Positions 8,412-15,189 of a stretch of DNA of 32,000 bases are shown piece by piece. The first letter of the stretch is position 1, and each line of letters begins with the position of its first letter. A model generated the notes under the pieces. It was given only the letters and a program-made list of their open reading frames with translations, was not told where the DNA came from and made no database searches. Origin of the DNA: Nitrososphaera viennensis EN76 (GTDB lineage Archaea > Thermoproteota > Nitrososphaeria > Nitrososphaerales > Nitrososphaeraceae); the NCBI RefSeq assembly GCF_000698785.1, contig NZ_CP007536.1, forward strand, positions 150,001-182,000. Reading direction: 5' to 3'. The position numbers and the translations under genes were made by a program.

Positions 8412-8421
8412 CACGCCATAC

Positions 8422-8440
8422 TCAAATCCCGCCCAGTCCA
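8422..8440 (+). repeat. att-like direct repeat 1: exact copy of tRNA-Ala nt 55-73
   Basis: tcaaatcccgcccagtcca is identical to 6932-6950. Confidence 0.85.
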
Positions 8441-8501
8441 CTTCGACGTTGCGGAGGTTGCCAGCATCTTTTGAATGCGATTCGCCTAGTTAAATATCAT
8501 T

Positions 8502-8756
8502 TTAGGCACGTGCGTTTTCCCTAACGGGAAATGTTGTCTTTTGCCTGCTTGTCAATCTTTTGTGCAAATCATAAAGGCTAGAAAGGAATATTGTAAGTGC
8601 CCCAAATATTACAATAAGTTGATTGCCCTCCATGTGGGCAAACAATGTGATTCCTAACATGCAACTAGCGTAAAACACGCCGGCACTCCATTTATGAATT
8701 AAGAAATGGCCAAGGCCCGGGAATGTGACTCCCCAAAAATATGCAATATTTGGCAT
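8502..8756 (-). CDS. Small membrane protein (84 aa from ATG 8756; the ORF extends to GTG 8843)
   Basis: Hydrophobic segments WGVTFPGLGHFLI, AGVFYASCMLGITLFA and LIVIFGALTIFLSSL. Confidence 0.4.
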   Translation of the reverse strand: MPNIAYFWGVTFPGLGHFLIHKWSAGVFYASCMLGITLFAHMEGNQLIVIFGALTIFLSSLYDLHKRLTSRQKTTFPVRENARA

Positions 8757-8896
8757 TTGGAGAGTTCTCGCACACGAGTCAAAAGAATACGAGCATGTAA
8801 ACGAGTTTACAGATGCCCGCGGTGAAAATCCAAGAAACCACAAACAGAATAATGCCCGGAATAATGGCTAAGCACCGATTTTAAGACTGGACATTA

Positions 8897-8919
8897 CGGG
8901 TTCAAATCCAGCCCAGTCC
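8897..8919 (+). repeat. att-like direct repeat 2: copy of tRNA-Ala nt 50-72 with one mismatch
   Basis: cgggttcaaatccAgcccagtcc compared with 6927-6949 cgggttcaaatcccgcccagtcc. It lies 2 nt from the stop of the 8922..9263 ORF. Confidence 0.8.
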
Positions 8920-8921
8920 GC

Positions 8922-9263
8922 TCACTTTCTACGCTGCTGCATTTGCTGTTGTGCTTTTTTGAATTCCAGTATGATGCCTCTCTTTGCGTCCACGCCAAAT
9001 GAAAGCAATTCTCCAGTTTCTAGCGGGATGGATTCTACAACCACGCCACATGAAGGGCAACGCAGGTCATCTATGGATTCTGTGATTGATGATGCACACC
9101 AATAGCAAGAATTGCACAGCAGGAAACTAGCAGCACTGGACCTGCCCGAGGGTCTCTGCCCCTCTGTCCTTGATAGCTGCTGTTCTCCCAAGTTGCCCAT
9201 AGGGAATTCGCCAGTAGGGGATAGCACTATAAGAATATTCTGCAATTGCAGTTGATTGCTCAA
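8922..9263 (-). CDS. Zn-ribbon protein (113 aa from TTG 9263; 92 aa from ATG 9200)
   Basis: CNSCYWC ... CPSCG cysteine pairs. Gln-rich basic tail. Confidence 0.45.
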   Translation of the reverse strand: MSNQLQLQNILIVLSPTGEFPMGNLGEQQLSRTEGQRPSGRSSAASFLLCNSCYWCASSITESIDDLRCPSCGVVVESIPLETGELLSFGVDAKRGIILEFKKAQQQMQQRRK

Positions 9264-9333
9264 TAAAATTTTCTTTTTTGGTTAAAACCTAGCCTCAATA
9301 TCCTGATTTAACAAGGGAACTGATGCCGATGGT

Positions 9334-9350
9334 GCGAATCCTCCAGTCCA
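9334..9350 (+). repeat. Possible degenerate third copy of the tRNA 3' end
   Basis: gcgaatcctccagtcca. The last 8 nt (ccagtcca) match 6943-6950 exactly, and gaatcc resembles the T-loop aaatcc. An indel and mismatches lie between. Weak. Confidence 0.25.
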
Positions 9351-9353
9351 TTT

Positions 9354-9614
9354 GTGGTCTACTGCCGTAAATCTGCCATGCCCGAAAGCGCGGCCACATC
9401 TCTATTAGACAGAATATCCAATCAAGATGTCATGGTGGAAACAAAAAAGTTGCTTCTTGAGGCTGAAATCCTAATTGACGTGCCCAAAGATATCGTCGAG
9501 GATGAGGAAAGACTGGATGATGTCACACAAGGACTAGGCAAGGCTCTCACCAAGGGGCTCTACGACCAAGGAATAGACTTTCAGGTTAGCCGGCTAAGCT
9601 TTAGGCTGAAATAA
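9354..9614 (+). CDS. Hypothetical acidic protein (86 aa; ATG at 9378 is an alternative)
   Basis: ORF only. Confidence 0.35.
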   Translation: MVYCRKSAMPESAATSLLDRISNQDVMVETKKLLLEAEILIDVPKDIVEDEERLDDVTQGLGKALTKGLYDQGIDFQVSRLSFRLK

Positions 9615-9766
9615 AATAAGGTGTCGCCGAGCCGTCATTATTGATTGCGCGGCTGACCTAAAGCGCGATAAAACCTCCTCAATAATGTGTGTGTATATCC
9701 TAAAATGCCATGCCGTAATGGTTTCGTTTATGTAGATTGATCGCGTATTAATAATACAGATGCAAC

Positions 9767-10072
9767 ATGGGGGCGGTTTTCAGGCCCGGAGATATAACAA
9801 AGGGTCGCAAAAGCATCATACAGAATGCCCTGAAAGACACCCATCCAGATATTAGAAAACAGATCCTGGACCTACTCAGCTCCTGGGAGGGGACGAAATC
9901 GGAAGAAAAACTGATGGTGATGATGGGAAAGGAGAAAGCTGAAACATTCCTCAAAGAGATCTCCAAGCAAGAAGAAAAGAGGGATAATAGCGTTAACGAT
10001 AAAGTGCAAATTACAAGGGCAGGAATGCCTGCGGAAGAGGAGGAAGAAGAAAGAGCCGCGAAAAAGGATTAA
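9767..10072 (+). CDS. Hypothetical protein with a Glu/Lys-rich tail (101 aa)
   Basis: ATG start. Charged, low-complexity C-terminus. No motif. Confidence 0.4.
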   Translation: MGAVFRPGDITKGRKSIIQNALKDTHPDIRKQILDLLSSWEGTKSEEKLMVMMGKEKAETFLKEISKQEEKRDNSVNDKVQITRAGMPAEEEEEERAAKKD

Positions 10073-10665
10073 ACACTTGGAATAGAAGGTCAAGTGCGCC
10101 AAAATGGTAATAGCTGTTGTTGGCTATAGTCTAATGCGACAGAAAAAGAGATCATGCGCTTTTCTAGATGTTCGTGCAGTAGAGTCGAAGAAGCGTTCCT
10201 GCGCATAATTAACAAGATATCATAATCAACAATAAAACAAAGGAGAGGATTATTTTGGAATCAGCCGCCGTCATCCTTTACAAGACCGGCTGCCTGAAAG
10301 AAGCTGGTCAGTGCGTGGACATCGTTTATCTTGTAATAGTTTTGCATCGCGCTAATCATTGCATTATCGTAGTATAGGCGTCGTGACATCTGCATTGGTA
10401 TCTACAGAACTATTGGTGTTAAGCGTACTTGTCAAAAGTGATCAGAGCAAACAGCCAACGATGTAACGCTGTCGCAGAATCCGGTATATTCTTTCAGGTT
10501 CTTGGCCGGCCCGTCAAAATTGAGTCATTGTCGAATCGATGCTGCAGCCATTATTCTTCAGATAACAAATCGCCTTGACAAACTGACAGTCAATGGTACG
10601 CAAGTTACCTGTGCCCCAAAACTTTTGAAATAACTCATTTTACCCACTTTGACGTAGACGATGTG

Positions 10666-11079
10666 ATGCAGGAAGACCGAAGCCCCGATGGCTCTGAAAA
10701 GCAGGAAGGTGAATTCATATGCGTTGCCACTTTTCTTCCGCTAAAAAGCTGGAAGTACATGCTGCCTTTTCAGCTAATGACGTCAAAAGTGTTGAAACAG
10801 GCAAAGAAAAGCAAAGGGATGGTCAACTATGCCGTCAAGGCTAATTTTCCAAAGAAGCATTTCTGGACACTATCAATCTGGAAAGACCAGGATTCGTTCA
10901 GGAACTTTGTCATGGCAGAGCCGCATGCCACTGCCATTGCAAAATTCAGCAGATGGGCCGGCGATGGTTCAGCGTTTGTGGAATGGGCAAGTTCAGACGG
11001 CTCTATCGACTGGGCGGAGGCCCTGAAGAGGCTGCAGAGCCCTACTTTTTACTATGGCAATAAAAACACTGGTGCCTGA
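10666..11079 (+). CDS. Small alpha/beta protein, possibly of the DUF3291/ABM-like dimeric barrel type
   Basis: 137 aa from ATG 10666 (the ORF track starts at GTG 10663). The family call rests only on weak recollection of FLPLKSW...NYAVKA...FWTLSIWKD...F patterns. Confidence 0.55.
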   Translation: MQEDRSPDGSEKQEGEFICVATFLPLKSWKYMLPFQLMTSKVLKQAKKSKGMVNYAVKANFPKKHFWTLSIWKDQDSFRNFVMAEPHATAIAKFSRWAGDGSAFVEWASSDGSIDWAEALKRLQSPTFYYGNKNTGA

Positions 11080-11205
11080 ACGGTTACGTCAAACTGTCGC
11101 CGGATCTGGTTGCGCCTCTCTGCCGCCAAATATTTTTTCCACCTGGGGATTCTTGCCGGCCCTCCTTTTTGCCTGTACGATAGGTTGCTACATGTTCTCT
11201 GCTGT

Positions 11206-12234
11206 CTAGTTGCCAAAGCTCAGCCGGAATGAGGGGACGACGATCGTATTGGCCAGAGGCGCTATGATGTCTGAAACGGTGCTGTTGTTGTCAACGGCCG
11301 GAGGAGGCGTCTGTGCGTCGACCGTGCTGGAAAACGTCCCTATGTGGTAGCCCTGGTCATTGATCCATGTTATAAGGGCATCGAGATCGTCTATCTCTGT
11401 CTGTGAGATGGCTTCGGTGGGGTTGTTGTTTGCGTCCTTTACCGTGAAATCCTGCGGGTGGAGCGTTACCACCGCATAGCCATAGCTGGCAATGGTGCTG
11501 TCTATCTGGCTTTCAATCCTGGTCAGGGGCGTCTTTGTCGGCGGCTCTGAATCGTAGGTGTAAAAGCCTATTGCCTGCGGAAGGTGGTACACGCCGTACT
11601 GGTCCTTGAGGTCAGAGCCGGCGGCCGCCTTGTAGATCTTGTTGTCCGGGCTGTCGGGCTCGTCAGGGTCGTATATGCTGCCCATCTCTTCATCAAACTC
11701 GGAGCTCAAGATCGTTAGGCCCGCTTGGCTGGCTGCCTCGAGGGTGTCGTCGTTGTACGCATTGTACGGGGCCACAAATATTCTGGTCTTGCTTCCAAAC
11801 AGCTCCTCCATTTTCTGGTTGGCCGTTTCCAGGGTCTCCTGCTGTTCCTTCAATGGAAGCGTCCGGTAATCCACGTGGTTCCATCCGTGCAGGGACGTTT
11901 CAATCAGGCCTGTCGCAATGCTTTCCCTTACCTTGCCGACTATGGCGGGATCGTTTCCGATATGGTTCATTATTATCGCCAGGTCAAGGCTCTCGTTTCT
12001 TTCCACGACCTTGTCGATAACTGCGGACTGGACGGTGACGAGCCAAAAGTCCTGGACGTCATCCAGCCGAAATATCACGCAATTGCAGGCGTCAGTCAGG
12101 GCATGCGCCTTTGTCGGCAACATAATGTTGTTGCCGCCGGCGGCGGCCGCTAGTAGTAACATTGCTGCTGCTATTATGGCAAAATAAACAAGATGATGCT
12201 TTGGCAGCCTCGTTGTACTGAAGTGCGGGTTCAC
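11206..12234 (-). CDS. Secreted or membrane-anchored polysaccharide deacetylase (NodB/CE4-like)
   Basis: 342 aa. N-terminal signal anchor LVYFAIIAAAMLLLAAAA. FRLDDV (Asp-Asp) and SLHGWNHVDY (His-x-x-His-like) motifs. GTG start. TATA-like catatagtt lies about 26 nt upstream. Confidence 0.8.
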   Translation of the reverse strand: MNPHFSTTRLPKHHLVYFAIIAAAMLLLAAAAGGNNIMLPTKAHALTDACNCVIFRLDDVQDFWLVTVQSAVIDKVVERNESLDLAIIMNHIGNDPAIVGKVRESIATGLIETSLHGWNHVDYRTLPLKEQQETLETANQKMEELFGSKTRIFVAPYNAYNDDTLEAASQAGLTILSSEFDEEMGSIYDPDEPDSPDNKIYKAAAGSDLKDQYGVYHLPQAIGFYTYDSEPPTKTPLTRIESQIDSTIASYGYAVVTLHPQDFTVKDANNNPTEAISQTEIDDLDALITWINDQGYHIGTFSSTVDAQTPPPAVDNNSTVSDIIAPLANTIVVPSFRLSFGN

Positions 12235-12575
12235 CGCCAGATGTACGAAGAATTAACTATATGTCAGAGATGACCAATTTGCAGTGCTCATAGATTTTCT
12301 ATATAACGATATTCATTGCCGCAGTGAGTTTTCTTGTTCAGACGATATAAATCGCAAAAGTTAGTATCAGCTTTGCTAGAGAGGGCGCCTCTGCTTAAAA
12401 GTCCTAGTGGAAACAGTGCCGGGACATCATGACCTTGCCCGGCGCCGCCCGCAGCCAGCTCTTGTGAATTTAACCAGAAAGATCCACAGTATGGAACAGA
12501 GTAGTAGTCTCCTAGAATATTTCTCTGATTTTCTAATATGGGTACTCATTTAAATGACTAATTCCTATAATCCTT

Positions 12576-12851
12576 GTGAAATACAGAAGCAGGATGGACA
12601 TCGCCGCTGACGTGCTTGAAGTTGCACAGGGCGGCGCGATAAAGACGAGGATAATGTACAAGGCCTTCCTGTCGTTCCCGCAGCTTAAGGAATACCTTGA
12701 GCTTTTGCAGGGCGGCGGGCTCCTTGACTATGTGGCCGAGGAAAAAGAGTACCGTGCCACAGAGCGTGGAAAACGCTTTTTGAAAATGTACAAGGAGGTA
12801 GGGCAGGCTATACTCCCTGCAGGGCTCAAGAAGAAAAAGATGCTGGCCTAG
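12576..12851 (+). CDS. Small winged-helix DNA-binding protein (HTH_45-like)
   Basis: 91 aa. IAADVLEVAQGGAIKTRIMYKAFLSFPQLKEYLELLQGGGLLDY...YRATERGKRFLKMY fits the archaeal wHTH pattern. GTG at 12576 or ATG at 12594. Confidence 0.7.
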   Translation: MKYRSRMDIAADVLEVAQGGAIKTRIMYKAFLSFPQLKEYLELLQGGGLLDYVAEEKEYRATERGKRFLKMYKEVGQAILPAGLKKKKMLA

Positions 12852-13205
12852 GGAAAAAACTCGCGGTCAAAGGTCAGAGGCGTGCTTGATGGCAGCAGGC
12901 ACATACAGGCCACTCTCCTGCCTGCGAGGGTTAAGGGCGGCTGCCTACCGTACACACACGCGATATGTCCGGAATAGAATGATGATGATAATACTATGAT
13001 GAACTGAAATCGCTCATGCGTTCAGGCAATCGCTAAATCGTGCCCTTGCAGAATCGCTTGACAATTACACAACCTGACGGCTTGTCCCGCACTTTTTGCG
13101 TATGAGAGCTGATGGGCAGAAAAGAAAGGAAAAAAGAAAAAGTGGTAGTGTGGCAGCGTGTGACTGCCACATCATCATATGCCTGCAGTTTTTTGTCTCT
13201 ACTTT

Positions 13206-14114
13206 TTACGGAGGCGTTCTTGGAAGCGTTGTTGGAGCTGTGGTTACGTTGAGCGTAGCTGAAGCTTCGACGCCGCTGTCGTCCGTCGCAGTGATCTGGT
13301 GGTCGCCAACTGTCGTGTCCGCCGGGATGACCACAGCTACGGTGAATGCTCCACTGGCGTCAGTTGTTATGGTCGAATTTGTGTCAAGCGGATTGCCGTC
13401 AATCGACAGTGTCACATTCTGGTTATCGCCAAAGCCCGAGCCGGTAATGAGAAGTTCGCTTCCTGCATTGACTGACGTCGGCGTCAGGAAAAGTGATGCG
13501 ATGCCAATTCCCGGAGTGGACGTTGCGTTTCCGGGTGTCGTTGCAGTTTCGTTGCCAAGTGGCACAGGTAAGGTCTCGTTGCCTGGTGGCACTGCTGATG
13601 ATGTCGCGTTGCCCGATTCTTCAACAGTGAACGTGGCAGTTGCGCTTTCTCCCGAGCTGCCTGTCGCCTTTACTTCGTGGTCTCCGATCGTTGCGTTATC
13701 TGGTATGAGTGCTGTTGTAGAGAATTCACCCGTGGCAAACTGTATCATGTTCCCTGTCAAGATGTAATTGTCGTCAAACGTAAATCCAAATGTCTGCCCC
13801 GCTGAGAATCCGGTTCCATCGATAGTAACGTTGCTGCCCGCTCCGCCAGAAGTTGGCGTCAGGGTGATCGATCCTGCTGCTGTTGTTGATGATGATGTTT
13901 CGTTACCTGGTGGCACTGTAGATGATGTCTCGTTACCTAACGACATTGTAGAAGTTTCGTTGCCTGGCGGCGTTACCGTCGTTTCGTTGCCCTGTAGGAT
14001 CTGTGCTGCGGCGTTGCCTGCTACCAATCCTGGCGCCGCGATTGTGCCCAAGATTGCCAGACCGACTATGGCAGCCAGTACTGTTGTGTGTCTTCTTGTT
14101 GTTGTTTCAAACAT
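13206..14114 (-). CDS. Secreted surface glycoprotein candidate: two IPT/TIG-like Ig domains, each preceded by a GNET/GNAT sequon-repeat linker
   Basis: 302 aa. N-terminus TTRRHTTVLAAIVGLAILGTIAAPGLVAGNAAA (signal, possibly Tat-like RR). Eight G-N-(E/A)-T sequons. Two domains: ITLTPTSGGAGSNVTIDGTGFSAGQ... and LFLTPTSVNAGSELLITGSGFGDNQ... Confidence 0.8.
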   Translation of the reverse strand: MFETTTRRHTTVLAAIVGLAILGTIAAPGLVAGNAAAQILQGNETTVTPPGNETSTMSLGNETSSTVPPGNETSSSTTAAGSITLTPTSGGAGSNVTIDGTGFSAGQTFGFTFDDNYILTGNMIQFATGEFSTTALIPDNATIGDHEVKATGSSGESATATFTVEESGNATSSAVPPGNETLPVPLGNETATTPGNATSTPGIGIASLFLTPTSVNAGSELLITGSGFGDNQNVTLSIDGNPLDTNSTITTDASGAFTVAVVIPADTTVGDHQITATDDSGVEASATLNVTTAPTTLPRTPP

Positions 14115-14586
14115 GTGCGTTCAAGTAAATTTTACACACGCACAAGTTAAGGGACTCTGCGGATAGGTGTTTCCAACTAACCTACTGTGCGGCACGCACA
14201 AAAAAATCATCTTGTTTCAACGAACAAGTGCTGTGTTGTGATCCGGCTATTGATTGCATGCTAGAGTTCCATCCAGTCAGGAGATTCACGTATCTTCATC
14301 AGAGTTTACTGTTACAGGAATGATAGCAGTACGGCAAACAGTGCTTGTTTTTTATCGTATTTGAATCTGTGCGCGGCTTCTAGTGTCTCTTATTTTCATC
14401 ACGTCATGTGGCATCGTCGCCGGACAGACACTGCATATCCTGATTATTTTCTGTCGCGGCACTGTTGCTATCTTGTCGAGCAAGTTCCTGCAGGCATAAT
14501 CTTTCGGATATAGCCCACGTTGACTGTGCGTTTATGCAGGGCGCCATGTCTGGCGTTAGTCAACGCATTTCCTGCATGCTGTATTT

Positions 14587-15042
14587 TCAGATTCTTTTCC
14601 ATCTGGCATATCTTCTTGATGCCAGAGCTTTCAAATCCGTTTCCCCTTTCACTTTGCTTCCCGCAGGGCGAGTGGCATCGATGTGCTGAGCTGGAACCTT
14701 CTTTTCCCTTACTGCTGCAGCCGCCGCTTGCCTTCTTTTTGTTGTTTCCTCATAAATCCATATCAGGGTAGATAGCGTGTATACCGGGATAAAGTCTCCG
14801 ATCACAGGAATAAATTCAAGCGCGTTAATCACGGCAGCCTTTTTGCTCTTTGTTATTGAATACAGTACCATGCTGACAAAAGCATCGGTGACATCGCCGA
14901 TCAATGGGGTGGCAAAGAGGGGCGCTGCAACATAGTCCAATACATCTGCAACGACCGAGATTCCAAGCGCGGCAGCCGCCCTCAATCTAAATGGAATCAT
15001 CATCCTGCTGTCTAGCCTGGATATTTTTTCTCTGCCCTGCAT
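14587..15042 (-). CDS. Small membrane protein with a duplicated P-(L/V)-I-G-D motif (DUF1232/DUF4112-like flavour)
   Basis: 151 aa. TPLIGDVTDAFVSMVLY and FIPVIGDFIPVYTLSTLIWIY. Basic C-terminal tail. Lies 147 nt downstream of the patatin gene on the same strand. Confidence 0.6.
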   Translation of the reverse strand: MQGREKISRLDSRMMIPFRLRAAAALGISVVADVLDYVAAPLFATPLIGDVTDAFVSMVLYSITKSKKAAVINALEFIPVIGDFIPVYTLSTLIWIYEETTKRRQAAAAAVREKKVPAQHIDATRPAGSKVKGETDLKALASRRYARWKRI

Positions 15043-15189
15043 TTTTTTCTGTGGTTACTTTTACGTGCAGGGTGCCTATAAGCATATCACTAGCGATATT
15101 AATTTCTTGAGATGTACCCGCTGCCAAAATGCACAAATTCCAATAGAAATTAAAAAGAACAAAAGGATACTCGCTTATTGCCGTCATAA

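Larger units (their letters stand above)
6951..9350. mobile_element. Stack of decayed or non-autonomous integrated-element remnants downstream of tRNA-Ala, delimited by repeated copies of the tRNA 3' end
   Basis: Direct repeats of the tRNA 3' end at 8422-8440 (19/19), 8897-8919 (22/23) and 9334-9350 (degenerate). Visibly AT-richer sequence. Only tiny ORFs and broken frames. No integrase found. AT-rich, ORF-poor sequence continues to about 10660. Confidence 0.55.

Noticed and set aside
8848-8920. A complete second tRNA or tRNA pseudogene around repeat 2
   Set aside because: Only the T-arm and 3' acceptor part is present. The T-stem pairing is broken (acggg/ccagc). No D arm or anticodon arm could be folded, and no matching 5' acceptor strand lies at the right distance. 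The gactgg at 8886-8891 is too close.
12979-13007. C/D-box sRNA (atgatga ... atgatga a ctga)
   Set aside because: The box-like words are present, but the spacing is wrong. Only about 10 nt separate the two C-like boxes and 1 nt precedes the D-like box, which leaves no room for about 12-nt guides.
13096-14166. Plus-strand ORFs of 223 aa and 132 aa opposite the glycoprotein gene
   Set aside because: The minus-strand product has a signal peptide, sequon repeats and two Ig-like domains. The plus-strand products are Val/Ser-rich mirror translations of the repeats.
14266-14280. Further att-like copies (ttccatccagtcagg here; cgcccagt at 8061-8068) that would extend the island to about 14.3 kb
   Set aside because: Only 7-8 nt match exactly. 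About four such matches are expected by chance in 64 kb of two-strand sequence. They are not used as boundaries.
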